A stretch of DNA of 31,008 bases from a virus (IMGVR_UViG_3300047561_001431:1-31008), one strand, 5' to 3'; numbered from the stretch's first letter, positions 1 through 9,651 are shown. Notes: generated by a model from the letters alone, not told the origin. Translations and numbers: made by a program.

Positions 1-637
1 TACCTTGCGCACCGGTGGAACCTGTGGCACCAGTAGTACCTGCTGTACCTTGTGCACCGGTGGGACCTGTGGCACCAGTCGTGCCCGCTGTACCTTGTGC
101 ACCGGTGGGACCCGTGGCCCCATTCGCTCCGGCTACTCCCTGTGCACCCGTAGGACCTACTGTACCAGAAGCTCCTACTGCTCCTTGTGGGCCAGTGGGA
201 CCAGTAACGTTTGATGCCGCTCCCTGTGCTCCTGTGGGGCCAGTTGCTCCTATAGAACCGGTAGGGCCAGCAATAGTAGAAGACGCACCAGTTGGACCAG
301 TTGCACCAGTTAATCCAGTATTTCCAGCAGGTCCGGTAGCACCAGCTGGACCTGTAGCGCCATTCGCACCAGCAACTCCGGTAGCACCTCTAATTCCAGT
401 AGGACCAGTAACACCTGTTGGTCCAGTAACATTAGAGACTGGACCCGTGGAACCAGTTGGGCCAGCAACGTTTGAGGCAGCACCTGTTGGACCAGTGGCT
501 CCAGCAGTGCCAGCTACACCGGTTGGACCCGTTACACCTGCAGTTCCAGTTGGTCCTGTAGCGCCAGCTACACCAGCTGGTCCAGTTGATCCTATTGCGC
601 CTGTTGGGCCAGCAGGACCAGCGGTTCCAGTTGGCCC
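1..637 (-). repeat. Collagen-like G-X-Y repeat region, including about three near-identical 45-nt units starting at 1, 46 and 91
   Basis: GPT/GAT/GTA/GAQ triplets; 'taccttg' recurs at 1, 46 and 91 (15-aa period); recurring interruptions such as GAASNV(A/T)G. Confidence 0.9.
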
Positions 638-2233
638 TGCAATAGATGAGTTAACCCAAGCGGTGCCATTCCATACTAGTGCCTGATTAGATTGAATGTT
701 TGATATCGTTACATCACTAATATCATCCAATATCACAGTACCCATAGATGTGCTATGGTCCAAAAGATCATGTCTAGCATCAGTAAGATATTGGGCATGG
801 TCATCGTCAGATAGACCTGTAAGGGATCCGTGATCAGAGATAGGAGTAGACGGTATCGAAGATGAAATAGAGTCTGCTCGTCTTATATCTACAACTGAAA
901 TAAATTTAGATTTTGTAACATTAGCATAAGCATTAGCTGTTTTAATGACTATCTTATAAAGAGGCCTGAACTCAAAAATAGGAAGCCCAGATAAATTCAT
1001 TGAAGACCAATCAACACCTTCAGCTGCACCTTGTGTATTGTATTGATCTTGTCCAAGGATACAAATGACTGGTTCATTAAGATTATTTGTTGCTACGATC
1101 CATGAAATAGCAAACTTATTATTACCAACATCTGGAGTACTCCACGTTCCCGCAGTATTAAGGTTATAGGTTATTAACGTTGTACCAGTTTTCATTGGAT
1201 ACTGAGTAGCAGTATCCTTGACCCATGCAGTACCGGAAAGATAAAATACTGGAATATAAGCCCCACCCTGGAGCCTTTGCTGCCAAGTATTTGCTGCAGG
1301 AGTAGCGGAGTGTGTTACAGATATTTTATAATCTTCATCATAAAATACACCATCAGCAATATCAATTCTAGCATCAGTGTTTAATGCCCCCGTACCCGAA
1401 GTTGTATATCCATTAGCTCCAAAACCACTCGCAATAGCCGCACCGCGAGTCATGTGTAAATATTCGTGAGTCTGCCAATCCATAGTCACACCATGGCGTT
1501 CATCTCCAAAGAAAAATATTTTGACAGTAGGACTATACCAGTATATGTAGCAGACTGGAGTATGATTAGCTAAATCAAAAAACGTTGTACCATAGTTCAG
1601 TACGCCGTTGGAGTCATAATATATGTAATATAATCCAGTGGTATTAGGTATTATTACTGTCTCAGTTCCAGTCTTAACATACTGGAATCCTTTACACCAA
1701 AACTCATAAGAACTAGCACTAGGAGAAATAGAAAATGTTCTAGTAGCTTCATTAAATGATATCGTGCTAGAACCATATGTAGCAAATCCCATTGGCTCAT
1801 TAGAGGGCAACGTGGCATTAACCCATTCGATACCATCATATTTGAGTATTTGTCCAGCTCTGGCAGATGTAATAGAGACATCTATTGCATCAGATACTGT
1901 AAACGTGGTAGGTACAAATTTTGTACCATTAAACTTAAAAATATTATTTAGGACTGCGCCAGTAGTATCAATTTCAATATTATCAACAATTAAACTATCA
2001 ACATATACAGAACTAGGGAGACTTATAGAATAAGCTCCCGAAGTTTCTGTAACATTAATTTGATTTGCAGTACCAGAAATACTGGTAATGAGCTTAAAAC
2101 CTACAATGCTTCCTGATGCATTCTTATAAAAAAGTTTTCCATCATTATAATTTAATGCTAGTTCACCGAATGCTAAAGAACCTGGTGCAACAGTAGCTGT
2201 TCCAGAACGTTTTAACTGAATTACATTAGCCAT
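1..2233 (-). CDS. Tail fibre/virion appendage protein with Mtd-N-like N-terminus and collagen-like G-X-Y region; 3' end runs off the window
   Basis: Manual translation from ATG 2233 (SD GAGGTG upstream) is open to position 1. It starts [37 protein letters not shown], contains [17 protein letters not shown], and becomes G-X-Y triplets from about 637 down. It is absent from the ORF track because there is no stop in the window. Confidence 0.9.
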   Translation of the reverse strand, partial: MANVIQLKRSGTATVAPGSLAFGELALNYNDGKLFYKNASGSIVGFKLITSISGTANQINVTETSGAYSISLPSSVYVDSLIVDNIEIDTTGAVLNNIFKFNGTKFVPTTFTVSDAIDVSITSARAGQILKYDGIEWVNATLPSNEPMGFATYGSSTISFNEATRTFSISPSASSYEFWCKGFQYVKTGTETVIIPNTTGLYYIYYDSNGVLNYGTTFFDLANHTPVCYIYWYSPTVKIFFFGDERHGVTMDWQTHEYLHMTRGAAIASGFGANGYTTSGTGALNTDARIDIADGVFYDEDYKISVTHSATPAANTWQQRLQGGAYIPVFYLSGTAWVKDTATQYPMKTGTTLITYNLNTAGTWSTPDVGNNKFAISWIVATNNLNEPVICILGQDQYNTQGAAEGVDWSSMNLSGLPIFEFRPLYKIVIKTANAYANVTKSKFISVVDIRRADSISSSIPSTPISDHGSLTGLSDDDHAQYLTDARHDLLDHSTSMGTVILDDISDVTISNIQSNQALVWNGTAWVNSSIAGPTGTAGPAGPTGAIGSTGPAGVAGATGPTGTAGVTGPTGVAGTAGATGPTGAASNVAGPTGSTGPVSNVTGPTGVTGPTGIRGATGVAGANGATGPAGATGPAGNTGLTGATGPTGASSTIAGPTGSIGATGPTGAQGAASNVTGPTGPQGAVGASGTVGPTGAQGVAGANGATGPTGAQGTAGTTGATGPTGAQGTAGTTGATGSTGAQG

Positions 2234-2257
2234 TTACACCTCAGCGCATAAGAGATA

Positions 2258-2605
2258 TCACTTCTTAATAGTAATTAGATCTTCAGGAATAATCCAAAGC
2301 TTACAGATAGCATGGGGTTCAATTGAGCCCTTAACTAGCTCGCACCCATTGCCACCCAAGTAGAAAACACAGTTACCACAAATTAATCCCTCTTTAACAA
2401 AAGGATTAACTTTTTCTGGAGCATAATGTGCACCATTAGCCTTAGATGTTTGATCAAACATACCAAACTCTTCAACAACACTTTCATAGTAATCATAAAG
2501 CGATTGTTGACGAGGAGTTAATCTATCTTTAGGTTCAGGATTATCTCCATCATCCATAGCGTCGTCCGAACCTGGTGATTCGCTTAACCAATAATTATTC
2601 ATCAT
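2258..2605 (-). CDS. HiPIP-like (putative 4Fe-4S) domain protein
   Basis: C-terminal CGNC-x8-C-x12-C-x2-W (CGNCVFY...GCELVKGSIEPHAICKLW) matches the HiPIP Cys pattern; no Tat signal visible. Confidence 0.7.
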   Translation of the reverse strand: MMNNYWLSESPGSDDAMDDGDNPEPKDRLTPRQQSLYDYYESVVEEFGMFDQTSKANGAHYAPEKVNPFVKEGLICGNCVFYLGGNGCELVKGSIEPHAICKLWIIPEDLITIKK

Positions 2606-2918
2606 CCGTATTCTTTCTAACTAATCCATCGGGAATTGCAGCCAATCTACAATAACCATTAGGCTCGATAGCAGTAGCTACTATCTTGCAAACATTTTCT
2701 GACTGAAAGAAATAGCAATTAGAACATTTGATTCCCATTTCTAAGTTACCATTTTCTTCTGGTGGAACGTATCCAACCCAAATACCTTTGCCGTCACCGT
2801 TTGCTAACTTGCCATGACGAGATACAATGCCCAACATAGCATCAGCGTACTCTTGTTCGGGTTTTGGAAGTTTATTTTCCAGGGCCACCAAAAATTCTGC
2901 TAACCAATAATTATTCAC
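2595..2918 (-). CDS. HiPIP-like domain protein, paralogue of 2258..2605
   Basis: GTG start; CSNC-x8-C-x12-C (IEPNGYC); same MNNYWL N-terminus as its neighbour. Confidence 0.65.
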   Translation of the reverse strand: MNNYWLAEFLVALENKLPKPEQEYADAMLGIVSRHGKLANGDGKGIWVGYVPPEENGNLEMGIKCSNCYFFQSENVCKIVATAIEPNGYCRLAAIPDGLVRKNTDDE

Positions 2919-2927
2919 ATAGTTCCT

Positions 2928-4016
2928 TTATTGTTTATATACGCCTTGGCGTTGCATGGCGAGTCTTCTTTGATAATCATCATTTTGTGATGATCTTTTC
3001 TTCATAGCAATAGCACCAACGCCAAGAATTGCAGCGGCACCGGCTAGCCTAAGATTCTTAGAACCATGCATCCCTTCGGACACAGCTTTCGATGCATCAT
3101 TTCCTATTTGACGGAGTTTATTAAAACTCCCTTTTAAGGGGGCTCCAGTAGATGCCCCTCCGCCAGTGCGAAGTGCTTCTTCTGCCAACTCTTCAGCTGG
3201 CTTAACGGCCTTTGAAGTAACTGTTGCACTAGGGGCTATAGAAGTAGTGGCTCGGGCTGTAGCTGGAGAAGACTCAGCGGTAGCTGCGGCTGCGGTTACA
3301 GATTTTGGTTGATTAGTTCTACTCGGAACTGATGTAGAAGAATTAACCTGCCTTCCTGCTCTTACCGGTGATTGAGCTGACGCTTGTGCAGAATTAGAGA
3401 CAGACTTTGTCGCAGTAGTTGGGCTAGAAGGTTTAACCGGCGATGAAGCTACAGGTGGTGTAGGTGGCACTATATTTCTTGTCGGATTTTGCAGAGCGCT
3501 TTCCATATCTGGAATCACAATATCTTTGAAATATTGTAAATCTTTAGATGGAATATTCCCTGCAGAAATTTCCGATTCAATACTATTCCTAAAGGCGCTT
3601 AATTCTTCATTATCCATATGAGCCCAATTTTTAAGCTCACCTTTACTGTTATAAATAGAAGAACCAGCTCCTCCTCCAGAAGTTGGAGGAGGAGCGGCAG
3701 GTACTACAGGAGTAATGGGAGCAGTAGTAGATTTAACTGTTGGTCTACTTTCAGCTGGGACATTTAATGATTTAAGATCAAGATTAGAATGCGATACAGA
3801 CATATCTTTGCCTTGATATTTAAAAAGAACTTCATTATTCTTATTAAAATTTCGAATATCAACATGCGATGGATCCATTCCATTAGCAACTGCATGCTTA
3901 TGAACGGCAGCTTTAATTTCATCGTTTCTAGCTAATTTAGCTGCAGCTGCTTGGGTTATATCACCCATGGTTCCAATGCTCTTACCAACTTCATCCCCAA
4001 CATTAGGAACTGACAT
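2928..4016 (-). CDS. Hypothetical protein with S/T/P/A-rich (mucin-like) segments and a C-terminal hydrophobic helix followed by a basic tail
   Basis: 362-aa ORF with SD GGAG; low-complexity tracts; ends LAGAAAILGVGAIAMKKR... Confidence 0.8.
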   Translation of the reverse strand: MSVPNVGDEVGKSIGTMGDITQAAAAKLARNDEIKAAVHKHAVANGMDPSHVDIRNFNKNNEVLFKYQGKDMSVSHSNLDLKSLNVPAESRPTVKSTTAPITPVVPAAPPPTSGGGAGSSIYNSKGELKNWAHMDNEELSAFRNSIESEISAGNIPSKDLQYFKDIVIPDMESALQNPTRNIVPPTPPVASSPVKPSSPTTATKSVSNSAQASAQSPVRAGRQVNSSTSVPSRTNQPKSVTAAAATAESSPATARATTSIAPSATVTSKAVKPAEELAEEALRTGGGASTGAPLKGSFNKLRQIGNDASKAVSEGMHGSKNLRLAGAAAILGVGAIAMKKRSSQNDDYQRRLAMQRQGVYKQ

Positions 4017-4045
4017 ATTATCTCCAATTCAAAAAAAGATAATAT

Positions 4046-4054
4046 TATAGTAAC
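4046..4054 (-). promoter_or_regulatory. RTTACTATW motif (candidate promoter) 30 nt upstream of ATG 4016
   Basis: GTTACTATAAT in a short intergenic gap; similar motif at 2267-2275, 18570-18578 and 19522-19530. Confidence 0.5.
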
Positions 4055-4057
4055 AAA

Positions 4058-4255
4058 TTAATCAATACATCCTCTAGAGCAAAACATTTTATTGTTATGA
4101 TCATACACTATACCTTTAGAAAAGGTTCTATTACATGATGGGCAAGAAAAAGTTTTTCCACCCAAACCCATATAAAGTATAGCCTTACCTAATAGAACTT
4201 TAACTTTAATAGGATCTTCTTTTACCGCTGTTTTACTTTGCTTGGGCTTTCCCAT
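4058..4255 (-). CDS. Small basic zinc-finger-like protein
   Basis: 65 aa; CPSC...CSRGC; Lys-rich N-terminus; SD AGGAG. Confidence 0.7.
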   Translation of the reverse strand: MGKPKQSKTAVKEDPIKVKVLLGKAILYMGLGGKTFSCPSCNRTFSKGIVYDHNNKMFCSRGCID

Positions 4256-4256
4256 T

Positions 4257-5222
4257 TCATTCTCCTACCATTTGATCGTAAATCCATTTGTATGTTTTTT
4301 CTAAACCACTTCTTAAAGATATAGAAGGTTCCCACCTATATTCTTTTTTAATTAAATCATTATCACTATTTCTACCCCTAACACCCTTCGGTGCATCAAG
4401 ATTATATGATCTATTCAATTTAACTCCTGCGATATCTTCAACAATATCGACCAGCTGATTAATAGAAACCAACTCAGAAGAACCAAGATTGATTGGATGC
4501 TGATAGTGTCCATAACTAATAGCTTGGATTCCAATTACACAATCATCTATATACATAAAGCTTCTAGTTTGCTCTCCATCTCCCCAAATTTCAATTGAAT
4601 GATCACCAGAAAGTATAGCTGAAATAACTTTTCTACAAATAGCTGCAGGTGCTTTCTCTCTGCCACCATCATATGATGTTCTAGGGCCATACACATTATG
4701 GAATCGTGCCACCCGTGTATTCATCCCATAATCTTCTCTAAAATGTCTGCACATTCTTTCAGAGAAAAGCTTCTCCCAACCATAACCATCTTCTGGCATA
4801 GCGGGATAAGCATCTTCCTCTTTGAGGGCAGTAACGTTAGAATCCTTCTGCTTATCAGCATTATACACACAAGCTGAAGATGCATAGAAGAAATTATTAA
4901 CTCCCATTTCTTTAGCAGCCTGTAACATGTGTGTGTTAATTAACACAGACTGCATACATGCCGCTTTATTATTTTCTATAAAGCCCATCCCACCCATGTC
5001 TGCCGCAAGATTAAATATCCAATCAATATCATTGGAAACAACACTCATACAATCCTCCAGCAAACGAAGATCAGCTTTAACCGACATTGCTGAATCATTA
5101 ATGGCAAACCAATCTTTAAACTCTTTAATGTCTGCAGCATAAACCGAATGGCCCTGAGAAACTAGAGTGTCAACTAAATGTCCACCAATAAATCCACCTG
5201 CACCAGTGACTAAAATTTTCAT
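4257..5222 (-). CDS. GDP-mannose 3,5-epimerase-like NAD-dependent epimerase (extended SDR)
   Basis: GAGGFIGGHL, NLAADMGGMGFI, ASSACVY, YGWEK, GGREKAPAAICRK, WGDGEQTRSF. Start moved to ATG 5222, which forms an ATGA overlap with the upstream stop. Confidence 0.9.
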   Translation of the reverse strand: MKILVTGAGGFIGGHLVDTLVSQGHSVYAADIKEFKDWFAINDSAMSVKADLRLLEDCMSVVSNDIDWIFNLAADMGGMGFIENNKAACMQSVLINTHMLQAAKEMGVNNFFYASSACVYNADKQKDSNVTALKEEDAYPAMPEDGYGWEKLFSERMCRHFREDYGMNTRVARFHNVYGPRTSYDGGREKAPAAICRKVISAILSGDHSIEIWGDGEQTRSFMYIDDCVIGIQAISYGHYQHPINLGSSELVSINQLVDIVEDIAGVKLNRSYNLDAPKGVRGRNSDNDLIKKEYRWEPSISLRSGLEKTYKWIYDQMVGE

Positions 5223-5962
5223 GACAAAACTCTTTCTACTCTCATCCAATGTTGAGGAATCATAGTTTCTTCAACATCAATATCAAGGGCAGGACCATAC
5301 CATGGCATCGGATAAACTGTAACTTCCCTATTAGCAAGCCAAGCTCCCCACCAAGAAAATGTTGAATTACTTATAATGTGTTTTTCCATTCGTGTCATTA
5401 AAAACAAATCGTGCACAACAGCTGGAGTGGGAAGTGTCGGATCAACATTATCCTCATTCCCATCAGCAAAATAGGCATCTTTGAAAAGACTTTGCTGTTT
5501 ACACCAAGCTAAATCATCAGAAAAAATAACAAGTTGAGTTGCCCCAATCTTATCGATAGCTCTTTCAAAGAACTCCATGTTACATATTGGATGATGCTGT
5601 GGAAAATTAGCATAATCGCCACGTCTCACATGTAAAGCTGTAGTATTTTCGATGCTAAGAATGTCAGCATATCGGGTATTAATATAGTCTTCACTTAATT
5701 TAGATGGCTTAAAAAAAGAACGAATAAGATGCTCTACATGACTGAAGTGTTTAAGATTCTGCATATAGTCGCCACTAAAATCTTTGTCACCTATTTTACC
5801 ATCAAAGAAAATAGCTGGTACCGAAAAATATTGTTGATAATCCCATGATGGGAAAGAAACATTTGCGCCATCACGAATAGCTTCACCAAGAGTTCCAGCG
5901 ATCTGGAAAAGTTGGTTACCCAGTCTACCCCAAGAGCCAAGTTGTTGATAAGAGTATATCAT
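5219..5962 (-). CDS. GT11 alpha-1,2-fucosyltransferase-like glycosyltransferase
   Basis: GRLGNQLFQ, HVRRGDY, FSDD and SNSTFSWWGAWL motifs. Confidence 0.9.
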   Translation of the reverse strand: MIYSYQQLGSWGRLGNQLFQIAGTLGEAIRDGANVSFPSWDYQQYFSVPAIFFDGKIGDKDFSGDYMQNLKHFSHVEHLIRSFFKPSKLSEDYINTRYADILSIENTTALHVRRGDYANFPQHHPICNMEFFERAIDKIGATQLVIFSDDLAWCKQQSLFKDAYFADGNEDNVDPTLPTPAVVHDLFLMTRMEKHIISNSTFSWWGAWLANREVTVYPMPWYGPALDIDVEETMIPQHWMRVERVLS

Positions 5963-6312
5963 TAGTCACCTTTTATAATTCTATAACTATCTTCTTCTAA
6001 ATGTTCAGTAGAAAATTCATACATTACTGCATCCTGATCTATTGCTTTCATCTGATGACGAAGACCAGGCGGGATATGAAGCGAATCACCTGGACGCAAA
6101 ATCCTACCGACTGCATTATCTAGGTCATCATCCCAGCTAGTATACACTAAAAAATTACCGCTTTGAACAAAGAAAGTTTCATCTTTTATTTTATGATAGT
6201 GCCAAGAGCACTTATGATCACCTGTAAAGTATAGCATCTTCCCGCAATACTTTTCATTATTTACTATCCAATATTCAAATCCCCATCCTTTAGGATGGTA
6301 TTCTTCTTTCAT
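5962..6312 (-). CDS. Cupin-fold protein (sugar-phosphate isomerase-like)
   Basis: KGWGFE...SWHYHKIKDETF...HIPPGLRHQM cupin metal motifs; likely start ATG 6312 (MKEEYHPK). Confidence 0.8.
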   Translation of the reverse strand: MKEEYHPKGWGFEYWIVNNEKYCGKMLYFTGDHKCSWHYHKIKDETFFVQSGNFLVYTSWDDDLDNAVGRILRPGDSLHIPPGLRHQMKAIDQDAVMYEFSTEHLEEDSYRIIKGD

Positions 6313-6319
6313 TTTAAAA

Positions 6320-6631
6320 TCAGAAAAAATCATCTGCACAAACACCTTTATCGTCTATGTAAAAATCTCCAGAAGGTTTTCCAAAAACTAATTTAGTATA
6401 TTTGATATTCCAAGATCTTAGTTGCTGTATTGTTACCTTCTTGAACATGCGTTTTGCTTTACGTACATTATCATTACTTCTACCCATTCCTCTAGCTGTA
6501 AAAAGAATGATAATATTTCCTTCTTCAAACAATTTATTTACTTTCAATATTCTATCAAAATAAGGAGAAGCATTCTCATATGTATCTGCCTTTGAACAGA
6601 TAGTTCCGTCAATATCAATAACGTATCTAAT
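6320..6631 (-). CDS. HAD-family (capsule-biosynthesis-type) phosphatase with non-canonical start
   Basis: The frame is open upstream of the track's TTG to ATT 6631: IRYVIDIDGTICS (motif I DxDGT), LFTARG, GKP, YIDDK. Confidence 0.85.
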   Translation of the reverse strand: MRYVIDIDGTICSKADTYENASPYFDRILKVNKLFEEGNIIILFTARGMGRSNDNVRKAKRMFKKVTIQQLRSWNIKYTKLVFGKPSGDFYIDDKGVCADDFF

Positions 6632-6634
6632 TGT

Positions 6635-7396
6635 TCACCCCACTTTTTCTATACAGTCAAGTATATCATCTGACGTTAACACATAGATACCACGATGCTG
6701 AACAGACTTAGAAGCCAAAAAGATAGCCATCTCAATTGCCTTAGCTAAATCGTTAAAATGTAAATAAAAAAAACACAACGATGCCAAGAAAACATCACCG
6801 GCACCGGTGACATCAAAAACATCTACCAGTGGCGCAGAAAAAATATTCCCCTTCCAAGATGCACCATCTTTTCCAAGAGTGGTTATTATGTCACTATCTT
6901 TAGGAATATTAAAGATGCGATCCGCTTCGTAGTTGTTAATCTTAATAATACATTTTTCAAAAAATTGTAGATCAGGATTTTTAGTATCAATAAAAACTGG
7001 ACCATTGAAATCTTGTATTAACTCTTTTAATTCAAGATAATCTATAGAACCTTTACAGTAGTCTGATACAACATATGCATCATACTTTGCATCTTTGTCT
7101 ATGCAATCTTTGATTTTAACTGGCTCAATATGAGATTCAATATCTTCTCTTAAGAGCATCTGCTTCGATTTGTTGTCAATAAACCTTCTCTTTATTAAGA
7201 GGGAAGGATCGTTGCTTACGAAATCTATATCAATATTAAAACTTAATAAGTTTTTATATACATTATGCGCCATACCATTCTTTGTTTCTAAACTAAGAAA
7301 TCTAAAAACAGGAACTGGAGCCTCTGGAGATATTCTCTCACAGAGACCATAATGATATTCATCTAAACAAGAGTCACCGATCAGAAGAACTTTCAA
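6635..7396 (-). CDS. PfkB-family sugar kinase, HldA/RfaE domain I-like (heptose-7-phosphate kinase-like)
   Basis: IGDSCLDEY, ERISPEAPVPV, SDYCKG, FIDTK, DVTGAGDVF. Start uncertain (TTG 7396 or ATG 7453). Confidence 0.85.
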   Translation of the reverse strand: MKVLLIGDSCLDEYHYGLCERISPEAPVPVFRFLSLETKNGMAHNVYKNLLSFNIDIDFVSNDPSLLIKRRFIDNKSKQMLLREDIESHIEPVKIKDCIDKDAKYDAYVVSDYCKGSIDYLELKELIQDFNGPVFIDTKNPDLQFFEKCIIKINNYEADRIFNIPKDSDIITTLGKDGASWKGNIFSAPLVDVFDVTGAGDVFLASLCFFYLHFNDLAKAIEMAIFLASKSVQHRGIYVLTSDDILDCIEKVG

Positions 7397-7772
7397 TGAT
7401 TTTGGTTGTAGAATATTCTGGTATTCTATCGAAGAAACAGATATGTTTTGCATACTCTCCTCCCACTACCTCTTTGCCAGCCCAATCAGATCCAACTACA
7501 AGTAGATCTGGAGAGACATATTTTATCAGATTTTCTAGTTCCACTGTCGAATTAAATATACAAACCTTATCAATATACTTAATAGACTCCAACATAAAGA
7601 CCCTATCATCTTGATTGTTGAAAGGCCTAGAAAGACCTTTAGATGATTTGACTCTTTCATCTGAATCGATAGCAACTATGAGAGTATCTCCAAGCGACGC
7701 AGCGTATTTAAAAAGTTCCATATGTCCACGATGCAATATATCAAAACATCCATTGACAAAAACTGTTTTCAC
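7374..7772 (-). CDS. HldC/RfaE domain II-like nucleotidyltransferase
   Basis: NGCFDILHRGH, DSDERV..KG..RP, VGSDW, YSTTKII. Confidence 0.9.
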   Translation of the reverse strand: MKTVFVNGCFDILHRGHMELFKYAASLGDTLIVAIDSDERVKSSKGLSRPFNNQDDRVFMLESIKYIDKVCIFNSTVELENLIKYVSPDLLVVGSDWAGKEVVGGEYAKHICFFDRIPEYSTTKIIESSSDR

Positions 7773-8260
7773 TTCTCTCCAACTATCATAAAAGAATTAT
7801 TTAAATCTACACCAGAAACAAATATGTTTTTATAATTTTTATATTTCATATAATCATATATCATAGTGGAATTAAAAGCATGGGTATGCTTTCTATTATT
7901 CCAAGGTCTCCAATATTCTTGAGAATAGTCTGGCAAATATAAAAATAATACTCCACCCAACTTCAATCTTTCATACCAGTAGTCTAAAACTTCAACCCAA
8001 TTATCAGTATGTTCTAAACAATGGCTAGAAAAAATATAATCAGGATCAGGGTCCGGAAGATTTAATGCATGAAAGCCGTCGTCAAAAGATAAATCTACTG
8101 CAACAGCTCCTGGATAGGCCCACTCCTTCTTCATGCATCCGACATCATATCCAAATCCTTTGCAGAACTTACTAGCATAAGGTATAGCAAATTCGGATGC
8201 ATGTCCTTCAGCTTGGAAAGCTGGATATATAGAGTCATTGTATCTAATTATATCTATCAT
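7769..8260 (-). CDS. Class I SAM-dependent methyltransferase
   Basis: GYDVGC, DYIFSSHCLEH, LKLGGVLFLYLP; ATG 8260 overlaps the upstream TGA. Confidence 0.8.
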   Translation of the reverse strand: MIDIIRYNDSIYPAFQAEGHASEFAIPYASKFCKGFGYDVGCMKKEWAYPGAVAVDLSFDDGFHALNLPDPDPDYIFSSHCLEHTDNWVEVLDYWYERLKLGGVLFLYLPDYSQEYWRPWNNRKHTHAFNSTMIYDYMKYKNYKNIFVSGVDLNNSFMIVGEK

Positions 8261-9018
8261 AATATATAGTTCCACGGAAGTTTAAAAAGGTAATCAACTT
8301 CATGAAAGAATCCGTACCTATGATAAAGATGTAATGGTTTATCTTTAATTTTCTCAAAGAGTTGAGGACTTTCAAGCAGGTAATTTAAAGACGTTTCTAT
8401 TATATGTATTTCTTTTGCATTTTCTAAAACTTTTATCCAATCAAACAAAGAGAAACCATCAATAATATTCATCTCTACTATTTTAGTATTTTGATTGTGA
8501 AAAATATGATCTAGTCCACTAAATTGCATCACGTTTGGTCTAGTACCATATTTTCTATTAACAAAAATATACTCATCGTTATCATTAAGATTGAGCACAT
8601 TATAGAATAGTTCATTTTCTTTTTCTATATCTCTATTGAAGATAATATAGTCTCGCCAATCCGACCAATCTAAGTTAATAGAATTATATTTTCCAGCCAT
8701 TATTTTTTCTGCATTAATAAACCCTTGGAAGAAAAACAAAGAGTCTGTTATTGTAGTCGAATTGTTTGGAGAGTAAAAATCTTTATAAGGAAAATTTATA
8801 TCATCTGATAGAGGTGGTGATGGTAGTGGATTTTCTTTAGTATCCCAAGAGATGAAGTTGAAATCAGAAATATAATTGTTTAACCAACTCAATTCATGAA
8901 CAACAGGCCAATATACTTGGAACCCTAAACCTTTAATATGGTGAGCTATTTTTTGAATGAATAATATATCACCTAGTCCACATGGCTGATATATTAAACC
9001 TATTTTTTCTTCAGACAT
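8257..9018 (-). CDS. Putative glycosyltransferase-like protein, paralogue of 10636..11334
   Basis: N-terminal QPCGLGDILF; FNRDIEKE.ELFYNVLNL and FSLFDWIKVLENAKEIH shared with the paralogue. Confidence 0.55.
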   Translation of the reverse strand: MSEEKIGLIYQPCGLGDILFIQKIAHHIKGLGFQVYWPVVHELSWLNNYISDFNFISWDTKENPLPSPPLSDDINFPYKDFYSPNNSTTITDSLFFFQGFINAEKIMAGKYNSINLDWSDWRDYIIFNRDIEKENELFYNVLNLNDNDEYIFVNRKYGTRPNVMQFSGLDHIFHNQNTKIVEMNIIDGFSLFDWIKVLENAKEIHIIETSLNYLLESPQLFEKIKDKPLHLYHRYGFFHEVDYLFKLPWNYIL

Positions 9019-9640
9019 TTACTCTCCATAAGCTATCCCACTCGTATTCATCTTCTGGGACTTCAGCTTCGGAAACAATCGCACCATATAATCTACCCAG
9101 GCTTGCATGTACGAAATGGTAATTTGGAATCAAAAGATTTTTAAATCCATCAAACTCATTATTCAATCCATCATATAATGTTTTGTTATTTCCATGTGTC
9201 TCTATAAATAATTCATCAATTTTTTTATCTTCTATATATTCACTTATAGTTTTTAATATATTTAAATCACTACCTTGTGCATCTGAATAATATAGATCAA
9301 TATGTTCGATATTGTTATCTTTCAAGTAATCTAGAAGATTAATAGTGTTAACTTGTATCTCCCGATACTCTCTCTGTGGGTGATCTTCATCATGAGTTAA
9401 CGTAGATACTATTCCAAGACTAGAAGAAACTCTATTTGGAGTTACGTAAAAATTGGTTACACCACTCTTATCAGAACACGCCGCATTAATTAATTTGACA
9501 TGACTATACGATTGAAACCTATCCTTTAGAACATCAAACATTTCCGGATCAGGTTCAAATACATGTATTGAATCATAGCTATTAACAAATGAGGATAAAC
9601 TATTACCAACATTGGCACCAATATATATTAAAGTTGACAT
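9011..9640 (-). CDS. FkbM-family methyltransferase
   Basis: YIGANVG, VFEPDP, NAACSD, SDAQGSDL. Confidence 0.85.
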   Translation of the reverse strand: MSTLIYIGANVGNSLSSFVNSYDSIHVFEPDPEMFDVLKDRFQSYSHVKLINAACSDKSGVTNFYVTPNRVSSSLGIVSTLTHDEDHPQREYREIQVNTINLLDYLKDNNIEHIDLYYSDAQGSDLNILKTISEYIEDKKIDELFIETHGNNKTLYDGLNNEFDGFKNLLIPNYHFVHASLGRLYGAIVSEAEVPEDEYEWDSLWRVNV

Positions 9641-9651
9641 AAATCTTCTTT

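Noticed and set aside
5-686. Plus-strand ORFs 5..214 and 15..686 (Pro/Val or Cys/Thr-rich)
   Set aside because: Antisense shadows of the minus-strand collagen repeat.
1654-2033. ORFs 1654..1881 (-) and 1764..2033 (+)
   Set aside because: Out-of-frame or antisense within the long fibre gene.
1-2233. Diversity-generating retroelement suggested by the Mtd-like N-terminus
   Set aside because: No reverse transcriptase or template/variable repeat pair in the window; the fibre C-terminus is not visible.
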